Shown here piece by piece: positions 19,051-27,635 of a DNA stretch of 64,000 nucleotides (position 1 is its first letter; each line of letters opens with the position of its first letter). A model generated the notes under the pieces. The model was not told the DNA's origin. It did no database searches and saw only the letters and a list, made by a program, of their open reading frames with translations. Origin of the DNA: Candidatus Limnocylindria bacterium (GTDB taxonomy: Bacteria > Chloroflexota > Limnocylindria > Limnocylindrales > CSP1-4); assembly GCA_046566045.1 (NCBI GenBank), contig JBKHXL010000063.1, positions 21,460-85,459 of the forward strand, in the 5' to 3' direction. Both the position numbers and the translations under genes were made by a program.

Positions 19051-20004
19051 ATGGCCCATGTCCAGACCGTCCTCGGCCCCGTCGACCCCGCGGCGCTGGG
19101 CGTCACGCTGCCCCACGAGCACACGCAGATCGCGCTGTGGCACGTGCCGGATCGCTGGGACTACTGGCAGCTGACGCGCGACCCGGAGCTCATCGCCGCC
19201 GAGCTCGGCGCGTTCCGCGACGCGGGTGGCGGCACGATCGTGGACGTGACGCCGGCCGGCGTCGGTCGCGACCCGGCGTGGCTCCAGGACGTGGCCCGCG
19301 CGACGGGCCTGCACGTGGTCATGGGCGCGGGCTGGTATCGCACCGCGTACTACCCGCCCGAGCTGCTGGTCGACCGGCGCTCGGTGGACTCGCTGGCCGA
19401 CGAGCTGGTGCGCGAGATCGCCGAGGGGGTGGGGGACAGCGGCGTCCGCCCCGGCATCATCGGGGAGATCGGCACGGACAAGCCGTGGCTGTCGGCGCTC
19501 GAGGAACGGGTCCATCGGGCTGCGGGCCGCGCCGCCCGCCGGACCGGTCTGGCCATCACCACCCACGCGGTCATGTCAGCGGTCGGACTCGACCAGCTGG
19601 ACGTGCTGGAGGCCGAGGGCGCCGACCCGACCCGGATCGTCATCGGCCACGCCGACTCGTACCCGCACGTCGACCACTACCTGGCCATCGTCGAACGCGG
19701 GGCCAGCGTCGAGTTCGACTTCCTCGGGATGTCGTTCACGCCGCAGGAACGCCTCGGGGAGGGGCGCGTCATCGACGCCCTGCGCGAGCTGCTGTCGCGC
19801 GGCCACGTGGAGCGCATCCTGCTGTCGCAGGACGTCTGCCACGACAGCCAGCTCAGCCACTACGGCGGGAACGGCTACACTTATCTCGCCCGGACGTTCC
19901 TGCCGCGCCTGCGCGAGGCCGGGGTGAGCGACGCCGAGATCGAGACGATGACCGTCGCGAACCCTCGCCGCCTGCTGGCGATCAGCCCGCCAGCGAGGCC
20001 CTGA
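19051..20004 (+). CDS. Phosphotriesterase-homology (PHP) metallohydrolase
   Basis: HEH, GIIGEIG (Glu bridge), TTH, IGHAD, LLSQD metal ligands; leaderless TAGCAT-7nt-ATG. Confidence 0.9.
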   Translation: MAHVQTVLGPVDPAALGVTLPHEHTQIALWHVPDRWDYWQLTRDPELIAAELGAFRDAGGGTIVDVTPAGVGRDPAWLQDVARATGLHVVMGAGWYRTAYYPPELLVDRRSVDSLADELVREIAEGVGDSGVRPGIIGEIGTDKPWLSALEERVHRAAGRAARRTGLAITTHAVMSAVGLDQLDVLEAEGADPTRIVIGHADSYPHVDHYLAIVERGASVEFDFLGMSFTPQERLGEGRVIDALRELLSRGHVERILLSQDVCHDSQLSHYGGNGYTYLARTFLPRLREAGVSDAEIETMTVANPRRLLAISPPARP

Positions 20005-20425
20005 CCGACAGCTCCACGTTGCCCTTCAGGGCGCCGCTGATGGGGCAGCGGTCCCTGGCCGACTCGGCGGCGACCCGGAAGTCGTCCTCCGACATGCCGG
20101 GGACGACGCCCTCGACGGTCAGCGCGGAGGACACGACCTTCCAGCCTTCGTCGACCTTGTCGAAGGTGACCGAGGCCGACACCTCGAGGCGCTCCGGCGG
20201 GGTCCCGTTACGGGCCAGGGCGCCGGCGAAGGCCATGGCATAGCACGACGCGTGGGCCGCGGCGACGAGCTCCTCCGGCGAGGTCTGGCCGGCGGACTGC
20301 TCGGTCCGGCTCGACCAGCTCACGGGCAGGGCGCTGAATGCCTCGCTGGAGGAAGCCCACACCTCGCCGCTGCCGGAGGCCAGGTCCCCGGTCCAGGTCA
20401 CGTCAGCACGTCGGATGGCAGCCAT
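19982..20425 (-). CDS. osmC: OsmC-family peroxiredoxin
   Basis: RRADVTWTGDL..GSG, SPEELVAAAHASCY, CPIS..L; two catalytic Cys; SD AAGGGAG. Confidence 0.92.
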   Translation of the reverse strand: MAAIRRADVTWTGDLASGSGEVWASSSEAFSALPVSWSSRTEQSAGQTSPEELVAAAHASCYAMAFAGALARNGTPPERLEVSASVTFDKVDEGWKVVSSALTVEGVVPGMSEDDFRVAAESARDRCPISGALKGNVELSVRASLAG

Positions 20426-20635
20426 CGGATGATCTCCCTTGCTCGCTCGGATGTCGCTGCTGCGGCGTGCCCCATCGTCCCACAGGCTGGCGCCGGCGTG
20501 CCCGCTCGTGCACTCCGGTGCCCGGTGGTGGGGCCGTGTGGCGAGCGGGCCGGTCCGGTGCCGTGACCATCCGCGGGTGCCAGTGGGACGCGCGGGCGAT
20601 GTCGGATCGGTGGGGCATCCGCACACCATCGAGCC

Positions 20636-21448
20636 ATGCGATCCCCACTCCGCCGCCCCCTGCTGATCCTGCTCGCCCTCGTCATCGCGGGCACGGTCGC
20701 CCCCGTCTCGTCGGTGGGCGCCTCCGCCTACACCACGGCCGAGATCTCCGAGGCCGAGCGCGCCATCCAGACGCTCATCAACCGCAAGCGCGCGGACCGG
20801 TCGCTCGTCGGCCTGAAGTGGGACCAGCGCGTCGCCGACCTCGCCCGGGCACGGGCCGCCTACATGGCCGAGACCGGCCGGTTCAGCCATCAGCAGGCCG
20901 GCGGCGACGACGTGTTCGACATGATCGACGACTCGGGCATGACCTGGTACGGCGCCGGCGAGATCATCGCCTGGAACAACGTCGAGGACCTGGACCGGTC
21001 GGCGGCGTTCGCCGTGGACGCCTGGATGGGGTCGCGCTCGCACCGCGCCATCGTCGTCTCGTCCGGGTACAACTACGTGGGCTTCGGCATGGCCGCCGGG
21101 GCCGACGGTCGGCGCTACTGGGCCGGTGTGTTCCTCAAGGGTCCGGATCGGACCGGCGCGTGGACCAAGCTCGACTATGTCGCCAAACGGGTCGTCGACG
21201 AGGCCACCACCAAGGTCTACATCCGCTGGGACGGCAACGACACGAAGCTCCAGGTCCTCACGTCCGGCCTGCGCCACTACGAGATCGCCCGGCGCATCAA
21301 CGGCGGGGATTGGGTGTCGTACGGGACGACCACCGCCGAGACCGCGACGCGCTACTGGCCCCGCGGCAGCACGATCGACTTCCGGATCCGCGCCCGGGAC
21401 CGGGCCGGCAACTGGGGGTCGTGGCGGACGGTGACGATCACCCCCTGA
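20636..21448 (+). CDS. Secreted CAP/SCP-domain protein with a C-terminal Fn3-like domain
   Basis: Signal peptide; LINRKRA, FSH, GEIIAWN, WMGSRSHR, VGFG; C-terminal RARDRAGNWG. Confidence 0.85.
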   Translation: MRSPLRRPLLILLALVIAGTVAPVSSVGASAYTTAEISEAERAIQTLINRKRADRSLVGLKWDQRVADLARARAAYMAETGRFSHQQAGGDDVFDMIDDSGMTWYGAGEIIAWNNVEDLDRSAAFAVDAWMGSRSHRAIVVSSGYNYVGFGMAAGADGRRYWAGVFLKGPDRTGAWTKLDYVAKRVVDEATTKVYIRWDGNDTKLQVLTSGLRHYEIARRINGGDWVSYGTTTAETATRYWPRGSTIDFRIRARDRAGNWGSWRTVTITP

Positions 21449-22709
21449 CCCGACGCGGCCGGGCGCCCAGCCTGGGTCGCAGCGCCGCGACCAGGGCCCG
21501 CTGGCGGGCCGCCCGGGGCAGCGCGATGGAGGTCATGCCGCCGAACGCCCGATGGGCCTCGAGCGCCTCGGCCAGCGCGTCCAGGAACGCATCGTCGGCG
21601 AGCGGGTCGAAACCCGCCTCCCACCAGACGTCGTGGACGACCAGCGAGCCCGTGGCCCGCTCGAAGCGCGGCTCGATGCGACCCACGAGCCGATCGCCCC
21701 ACAGCAGCGGCAGGACGTAGTAGCCCCAGCGACGCTTCGCCGCGGGCACGTACACCTCCCACAGGTAGTCGAAGTCGAAGGCCGAGCGCAGGAAGTCGCG
21801 GTCCCACACGAACGGATCGAGCGGGGCGAGGAAGGCGACCCCCGCGCGCAGGGGCGGGCCGGCCCGCGCGGCCGCCTCGGCGGCCCGGAGCTGGGGCACC
21901 TCGCCGGCCAGCACGAGGCGATCGCCGCGCACCCCCTCGACCGCGACCGGCACCAGGGCGCCGGCGTCGATCAGCGCATCCCGGTAGCGATAGCGCTCGG
22001 GCGCGCGGCCGGTGCCGTACCACAGCTCGGCCTGGCCCCCGCGCGCCGGGAGCAGGCCGTGGGCCCGGTAGCGCGACAGCAGCTTGTGCGTGCGCTGGGC
22101 GGCCTCGTCGGGGCGCTCGGCCAGCAGCTCCGGCGGGAACAGGCGGTCAGCCAGGTCGTAGACGCGCCGGTTGCCCTCGCGTCGCTGGAGCCCCAGCACG
22201 CCGGCCTGGGCCAGCGCCTCGAGGATGGCCCGGACCTGATTGGTCGGGCGCCAGTACCAGTCGATCGCCCGGCGCGGCGCGACGTCGGTCGATGACAGCG
22301 GGCCCTCGGCCCGGATCCGGGCGAGCAACTCCTCGACCAGGTCGCGGTGCTCGTCCAGCGTCCGCGGCCAGTGGTCGCGGGCGAACACGTCCCAGCCGAT
22401 CCGGTACAGCGGCAGCTCGGCCGTCGGCACCAGCGACAGGCCCTTGTTGTAGGTCTCGTACAGCCAGCGCTCGTCGTAGAGCAGGGTGTCCGTCAGCTCC
22501 CGCCGGTACCCGTCGATGCGGGCGGCCAGGGCCAGATCGTGATTGCGGCCGGTGACCTCGAGCGGATCGAACTGGAGCGAGCCCAGGCGTCGGACCACCT
22601 CGCGGACCGAGTCCACGGTCCCGGGCAGCGAGCGCGGCGGGGCGAGCATGTGTCGCTCGACGAGGAATCTTCGCGCGGTGGCGCGGTCGACCGGATGGGG
22701 GATGGGCAC
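21438..22709 (-). CDS. ycaQ: YcaQ/AlkZ (HTH_42) DNA crosslink-repair glycosylase family
   Basis: LGSLQFDP (QxD) motif, FLAPLDPFVWDR, FDYLWEVYVP..KRRWGYYVLP; GTG start behind TACCAT-7nt. Confidence 0.88.
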   Translation of the reverse strand: MPIPHPVDRATARRFLVERHMLAPPRSLPGTVDSVREVVRRLGSLQFDPLEVTGRNHDLALAARIDGYRRELTDTLLYDERWLYETYNKGLSLVPTAELPLYRIGWDVFARDHWPRTLDEHRDLVEELLARIRAEGPLSSTDVAPRRAIDWYWRPTNQVRAILEALAQAGVLGLQRREGNRRVYDLADRLFPPELLAERPDEAAQRTHKLLSRYRAHGLLPARGGQAELWYGTGRAPERYRYRDALIDAGALVPVAVEGVRGDRLVLAGEVPQLRAAEAAARAGPPLRAGVAFLAPLDPFVWDRDFLRSAFDFDYLWEVYVPAAKRRWGYYVLPLLWGDRLVGRIEPRFERATGSLVVHDVWWEAGFDPLADDAFLDALAEALEAHRAFGGMTSIALPRAARQRALVAALRPRLGARPRRVRG

Positions 22710-22750
22710 GGCGCCGATGGTACGCAATCCGTTCCGCCGGGTCGTGCGAT

Positions 22751-22792
22751 ATGGTTACGGGACGACCCGATAGTCAGGAGTTACCGAACCAT
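22751..22792. promoter_or_regulatory. Possible MarR operator/promoter (inverted repeat)
   Basis: ATGGTTACGG (22751-22760) ... CCGAACCAT (22784-22792) in an AT-richer intergenic stretch. Confidence 0.35.
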
Positions 22793-22838
22793 TCACAGCC
22801 CTGGATCCGACGACGCCGCGGCGGTCGCGCTCGATCGC

Positions 22839-23285
22839 GTGATCGCGGTCTTCGACCGGATGATGCACAAGCTCATGGCCGATCACGCGCCCGAGTTGAC
22901 CGCCATCGACCTGACGATGGCCCAGACGAAGGCCCTGTACATCGTGCTGGCCGCCGGCGAGCTGCGCATGTCCGACCTGGCGGCGCGCCTGGGGGTCACG
23001 TCATCGACGGCCACGGGCGTCGTCGACCGGCTCGTCGAGCTGGGGCTCGTCGAGCGGCACGAGCTCCCGTCCGACCGCCGGCAGGTGGTCATCGTGCCGA
23101 CGCGCGACGCGGCCGTCGCCGTCGAGCGCTTCCGTGAACTGAACTCGCGCCGGATGCGCGACATGCTCAGCCGGGTGCCGGTCGCCGACCTGGCCACGGT
23201 CGAGCGAGCCCTGTCCATCCTCGACGCCGCGCTGCCAGAGCCGGCGCCGTCCAGCACCGCGCACCACGAGGGGAATCGTTCGTGA
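22839..23285 (+). CDS. MarR-family transcriptional regulator (start uncertain)
   Basis: LTMAQ..L..V, MSDLAARLGVTSSTATGVVDRLVELGLVER..DRR; GTG at 22839, or an upstream in-frame ATT at 22791 behind AGGAG. Confidence 0.88.
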   Translation: MIAVFDRMMHKLMADHAPELTAIDLTMAQTKALYIVLAAGELRMSDLAARLGVTSSTATGVVDRLVELGLVERHELPSDRRQVVIVPTRDAAVAVERFRELNSRRMRDMLSRVPVADLATVERALSILDAALPEPAPSSTAHHEGNRS

Positions 23286-26200
23286 ACCGTCTGTCCCGGA
23301 TCGCCGTCGCCAAGCGGAGCGTCACGCTCCTGTTCGCCGCGGCCCTGTTCGTCGCCGGTGTATCCGCCTGGGGCAGCCTCAAGCAGGAGCTGCTGCCGGA
23401 CATCGAATTCCCGGTCATCACCATCATCGCCCCGTACCCGGGCGCGGGTTCCGAGGATGTCGCCCAGCAGGTCGCCATCCCGATCGAGCGCACCGTCTCG
23501 AGCGTCGCGCGGCTGGAGACGGTGCAGTCCACCTCGGCCAACTCGATCGCCCTCGTGGTCGCCCAGTTCGAGTACGGCACGAACGTCAAGGAGACCCTCG
23601 CCGCCATCGAGGAGGGGATCGCGGGCGCCGGCCTCCCGGCCACGGTCCAGCCCGACGTGTCCGCCCTCAACATCAACGCGAGCCCGGTCATCATCGCGTC
23701 GATCGCCGCGACCTCGGAGACCGGCCTCGAGGCCGCCGCGGAGATCGCCCGGACCGAGATCCTGCCCTCGATCAACGCCCTGGAGGGCGTGTCGCGGGCC
23801 GACGTCACGGGCGGTCTCGAGACCCGCCTGCTGGTCACCCTCGACCCCGACCGGCTGGCCGACACGGGCATCTCCGTCAGCCAGATCTCGGGCGTGCTGA
23901 CCGCCAACAACCTGACCTTCCCGTCCGGCCAGGTGGCCGACGGCGGGACGCGCATCCCGGTCTCGACCATCGGTCGCCTGACGTCCGTGGAGCAGATCGC
24001 CGAGCTGGTCGTCGGCTTCCGGGCGGCAGCGCCCACCGCGCCCGGCGCGCCCACCGAGCCCGGCACGCCCACCGAGCCCGGCACGGCCGGCCCGCCCGCG
24101 GCCCCGACCCCGGTCACCCTGGCCGACCTCGGCACGGTCGAGCTGGTCGAGGTGGCGACCACCGGCTACGGGCGCACCGACGGCCAGCCATCGCTGTCGC
24201 TGTCGGTCAGCAAGACCTCCGACGCCAACACCGTCGACGTGGCCGAGGCGGTTCGCGAGCAGCTCGACGAGATCGCCGCGCGATACCCCGATGCGGTCAC
24301 CATCACGACCGTGTCCGATCTCTCGGTGTTCATCGAGGAGTCGACCGACGGGCTGCTGCGCGAGGGCGGGCTCGGTGCGCTGTTCGCCGTCCTGACGATC
24401 TTCCTGTTCCTGTTCAGCGTGCGCTCCACGGTCGTCGCCGCGATCAGCATCCCGCTGTCGGTCCTGACCGCGCTGGTGGTCATGCAGCTGTCGGGGATCA
24501 GCCTCAACATCATGACCCTGGGCGGCCTGGCGGTCGCCGTCGGTCGGGTGGTCGACGACGCCATCGTCGTGCTCGAGAACATCTATCGCCACCGCGCCCT
24601 GGGCGAGGACCGCTGGTCGGCGGTCATCAACGGCCCGCGCGAGGTGGCCAGCGCCATCACCGCCAGCACCCTGACCACCGTGGCGGTGTTCCTGCCACTC
24701 GGCTTCGTCGGCGGATTGGTGAGCCAGTTCTTCCTGCCCTTCGCGCTGACCGTCACGTTCGCCCTGCTGGCGTCGCTGGTCTGCGCCCTGACCGTCGTGC
24801 CGGTCCTGGCCTACCTGCTCCTCGGTCGGGTCAGCCTGAACGTGGACGCCTCGGGCGAGCCGCGCACCTCGGTGTGGGTCCGCCTGTACACGCCGACCAT
24901 CCGCTTCGTGCTGCGCTCGCGGACCACCAAGCTCGTGGTCGTCGGCGCCGCCGGGATCCTGTTCGTCGGGTCCCTTGCGCTCGCCCCGCTCCTGCCCACC
25001 CAGTTCATCGACACCGGCTCGGAGAAGCTGCTCCAGGTGAGCATCGCCCCGCCGACCGGGGCGTCCTCCGAAGCCGTGCTCGAGCGCGCGATCGAGGCCG
25101 AGGACATCGTCCGCGCGCTGCCCGGGGTCGAGCTCGTCCAGACCAGCATCCCCGGCGAGGGAGACACGAGCTTCCAGACCATCGTGGCCGCACAGAACGG
25201 ACGGCCGGCCAACAGCGCGACGCTGACCGTCCGCCTCGCGGACACCGCCGACGTGGCCGAGTCGACGACCGCCATCGCCGAGGCCCTGGCCCCGATCACC
25301 GGCGACGGCTACGACGCCCAGGTGTCGGAGGCCGCCGGCTTCAGCTCGAACGGCCTGAACGTCATCGTCAGCGCGACCGACGGCCGGCAGGTCGCGGCGG
25401 CCACCACGGCCGTGATCGATGCGCTCGCCGGGGATCCCGCGCTGGCCAACCTCCAGAGCGACCTCGTCACCGAGACGGCCGAGATCCAGGTCACCATCGA
25501 CCCGGCCGCGGCCTTCCGCGTCGGCCTCACCGCGGCGCAGGTCGCCGGCGAGGTGCGCACCGCCCTGACCGCCCAGACGGCCACCCAGGTGACCATCGAG
25601 GACGGTCGTCCCATCGACCTCGTCATCCAGGTCGACCCCGAGGCGATCACCTCGGTCGAGGCGTTGCGTGACCTGCCCGTCGGCACCGTCGCCAAGGTGC
25701 CGCTGTCCGAGGTGGCCCGCGTGGAGCAAGCCGACGTGCAGGGCAGCATCACCCGCATCGATCAGGCGCCCGCCGCATCGATCACGGCCGAGATCGTCAG
25801 CGACGACACCGGCGCCGTGTCCGCGAGCGTCCAGGCGACGCTCGACGAGCTGACCGAGTCGGGGGTCATCCCGCCGGCCGTCCAGGTCGAGCTTGCCGGC
25901 GTGAGCCAGCAGCAGAGCGAGGCGTTCGGCGGCCTGTTCGCCTCGATGGGCGTGGCGGTGCTGCTCGTCTACGTGATGATGGTCCTGACCTTCAACTCGC
26001 TCATCACCCCGTTCATCATCCTGTTCAGCCTGCCGCTCGCGACGATCGGCGCGTTCCCGGCGCTGCTCGTCACGGACCGGCCGATCGGCGTCTCGGCGCT
26101 CATCGGCTTCCTGATGCTCATCGGCATCGTGGTCACCAACGCGATCGTCCTGCTCGACCTGGTCGAGCGCCTGCGGTCCGAGGGCCGGAGCACCCACGAT

Positions 26201-26476
26201 GCCCTGATCGAGGGCGGTCGGACCCGTGTCCGCCCGATCCTGATGACGGCGATCGCGACGATCCTCGCCCTGATGCCGCTCGCGGCCGGGTTCAACGAGG
26301 GCTCGATCATCGCCGCGGAGCTCGGCACGGTCGTCATCGGCGGCCTGTTCAGCTCGACGTTCCTGACCCTGATCGTCGTGCCGGTCGTGTACTCCCTGGT
26401 GGACGGCCTGCGGGGGAGGGTCGATCGGCGGCGGGCCTCGTCGTCGAGCGAGGTGCCCGCCGGCAGCCTGGCCTAG
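23282..26476 (+). CDS. AcrB/AcrD/SwrC-type RND efflux permease
   Basis: ELLPDIEFP, GRVVDDAIVVLENI, GIVVTNAIVLLD, RVRPILMT; 1064 aa; overlaps the marR stop. Confidence 0.95.
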   Translation: MNRLSRIAVAKRSVTLLFAAALFVAGVSAWGSLKQELLPDIEFPVITIIAPYPGAGSEDVAQQVAIPIERTVSSVARLETVQSTSANSIALVVAQFEYGTNVKETLAAIEEGIAGAGLPATVQPDVSALNINASPVIIASIAATSETGLEAAAEIARTEILPSINALEGVSRADVTGGLETRLLVTLDPDRLADTGISVSQISGVLTANNLTFPSGQVADGGTRIPVSTIGRLTSVEQIAELVVGFRAAAPTAPGAPTEPGTPTEPGTAGPPAAPTPVTLADLGTVELVEVATTGYGRTDGQPSLSLSVSKTSDANTVDVAEAVREQLDEIAARYPDAVTITTVSDLSVFIEESTDGLLREGGLGALFAVLTIFLFLFSVRSTVVAAISIPLSVLTALVVMQLSGISLNIMTLGGLAVAVGRVVDDAIVVLENIYRHRALGEDRWSAVINGPREVASAITASTLTTVAVFLPLGFVGGLVSQFFLPFALTVTFALLASLVCALTVVPVLAYLLLGRVSLNVDASGEPRTSVWVRLYTPTIRFVLRSRTTKLVVVGAAGILFVGSLALAPLLPTQFIDTGSEKLLQVSIAPPTGASSEAVLERAIEAEDIVRALPGVELVQTSIPGEGDTSFQTIVAAQNGRPANSATLTVRLADTADVAESTTAIAEALAPITGDGYDAQVSEAAGFSSNGLNVIVSATDGRQVAAATTAVIDALAGDPALANLQSDLVTETAEIQVTIDPAAAFRVGLTAAQVAGEVRTALTAQTATQVTIEDGRPIDLVIQVDPEAITSVEALRDLPVGTVAKVPLSEVARVEQADVQGSITRIDQAPAASITAEIVSDDTGAVSASVQATLDELTESGVIPPAVQVELAGVSQQQSEAFGGLFASMGVAVLLVYVMMVLTFNSLITPFIILFSLPLATIGAFPALLVTDRPIGVSALIGFLMLIGIVVTNAIVLLDLVERLRSEGRSTHDALIEGGRTRVRPILMTAIATILALMPLAAGFNEGSIIAAELGTVVIGGLFSSTFLTLIVVPVVYSLVDGLRGRVDRRRASSSSEVPAGSLA
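24031..24084 (+). repeat. Three copies of an 18-bp tandem repeat encoding (A/T)PT(A/E)PG inside the RND gene
   Basis: gcccaccgcgcccggcgc / gcccaccgagcccggcac x2. Confidence 0.9.
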
Positions 26477-26512
26477 GCGGCCCGGACGAGTGCGCGTCAC
26501 GAGCCCCGACCA

Positions 26513-26584
26513 CCGGCCGTCGACGGCCGGGGCCCGGTGAGGTCCGCCGATCCGCGGCTCAAGGGCGGCGTTCGAGCCGCCCTT
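26513..26584 (+). terminator. Hairpins downstream of the RND gene (probable terminator)
   Basis: 18-bp palindrome ccggccgtcgacggccgg (26513-26530); aagggcggc-gttcga-gccgccctt stem-loop (26561-26584). Confidence 0.55.
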
Positions 26585-26722
26585 CAGCCACCGTCCGCGA
26601 TGTGGCCGCCGGCGGCTGCGACGTCCCTGTAACGCGGGCAGGCGTATCGTGGTGACCCGCAGGCGGTCCGCGCGACGACGATGCCCGGGATCGGAACCGC
26701 CACACGCCGAGGAGGCCCTCGA

Positions 26723-27310
26723 ATGCCTGATCTGTCCCTCAAGGGAGTCCGCAAGCCGGACCTGCATCTGCCCGAGATGTCGCGCGACGACATCGCCCGC
26801 GCGCTCGACGGAGCACGCCGGGACGTCGACCTGGCGCGGTTCGATCCGCGCCGCTTCGAGATGCCCGACATCGACCTGTCCAAGCTGGACGTGCCGGCCG
26901 CGGTCACGTCGGCCGCCCGGTCCGCCGGGCTCGTGAAGCAACGCCGTTCGCGAGCGCCGCTCATCGTCGGGGGTCTGATCGTCGCCGCCCTGGTCGCGAT
27001 CGCGGCCGCCATGTCGCCGGCCATCCGCCCCAAGCTCGACGCCGCGGGTCGTCGCCTGCGGGCGGCCGTCCAGGAGCGTCGCGATGCGATGCGCGACGAC
27101 GACCCGTTCGACGAGTCCGACGAGGTGGGCGAGGCGCGGGCCTTCGACGCGGCCGTGGCGGTCCCGATCGAGCCGACGGCCTACTCGGCCGATGCGCCCG
27201 CCGACGGCTCGCCGTTCGACGGCGCGAGCGAGCTGCCGGACGGCCTGGGTGCCGACGTCGAGCGGCAGGACGTCACGGCCGGAGCGACGGACGGCGGCTC
27301 CCGCTCCTGA
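26723..27310 (+). CDS. Hypothetical single-pass membrane protein
   Basis: GGAGG SD; PDL/PDI-rich N-terminus, one TM helix, acidic C-terminus; good GC3 bias. Confidence 0.7.
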   Translation: MPDLSLKGVRKPDLHLPEMSRDDIARALDGARRDVDLARFDPRRFEMPDIDLSKLDVPAAVTSAARSAGLVKQRRSRAPLIVGGLIVAALVAIAAAMSPAIRPKLDAAGRRLRAAVQERRDAMRDDDPFDESDEVGEARAFDAAVAVPIEPTAYSADAPADGSPFDGASELPDGLGADVERQDVTAGATDGGSRS

Positions 27311-27340
27311 TCGTCCGGGCGCCCTGACGGCGCCGCGTCC

Positions 27341-27511
27341 ATCGTGGCCGGCGCCGCCCTGCTCATGGACGTGCCGCGCACGGCGACCGTCACGACCGCG
27401 ACGGAGACGGTGCTGTTCGCCATCGACCGGGCACCGTTCCTCGCCGCACTGAGCGGGCACCCGGAAGCCCTCGTGGCGGCCCGTTCCGAGGTCGCGCTGC
27501 GCGCGGGCTGA
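27341..27511 (+). pseudogene. Remnant of the C-terminal half of a cNMP-binding domain
   Basis: [35 protein letters not shown] matches the phosphate-binding cassette end of CAP-like domains; the N-terminal half is absent. Confidence 0.65.
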
Positions 27512-27520
27512 GGGCCGTCG

Positions 27521-27563
27521 TTGACGCTTCCGGCGCTAATCCCGATAATCTGACTCGGAATTA
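27521..27563 (+). promoter_or_regulatory. suf promoter with an overlapping Rrf2/IscR-like operator
   Basis: TTGACG-17nt-GATAAT; inverted repeat TAATCCCGA-N9-TCGGAATTA (27537-27563). Confidence 0.6.
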
Positions 27564-27635
27564 CCGACATGGCCGCTGCGGCCGCCGCGACGCTCGAGCG
27601 CCGCCCCTCCGACGAGTGAGGAACGACACCATCCC

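Noticed and set aside
16620-19174. Two ORFs of about 840 aa overlapping MMPL
   Set aside because: Alternative-frame and antisense artefacts; only the 791-aa frame has MMPL motifs.
22883-27460. 1525-aa minus-strand ORF
   Set aside because: Antisense shadow of the RND permease; no domain signature.
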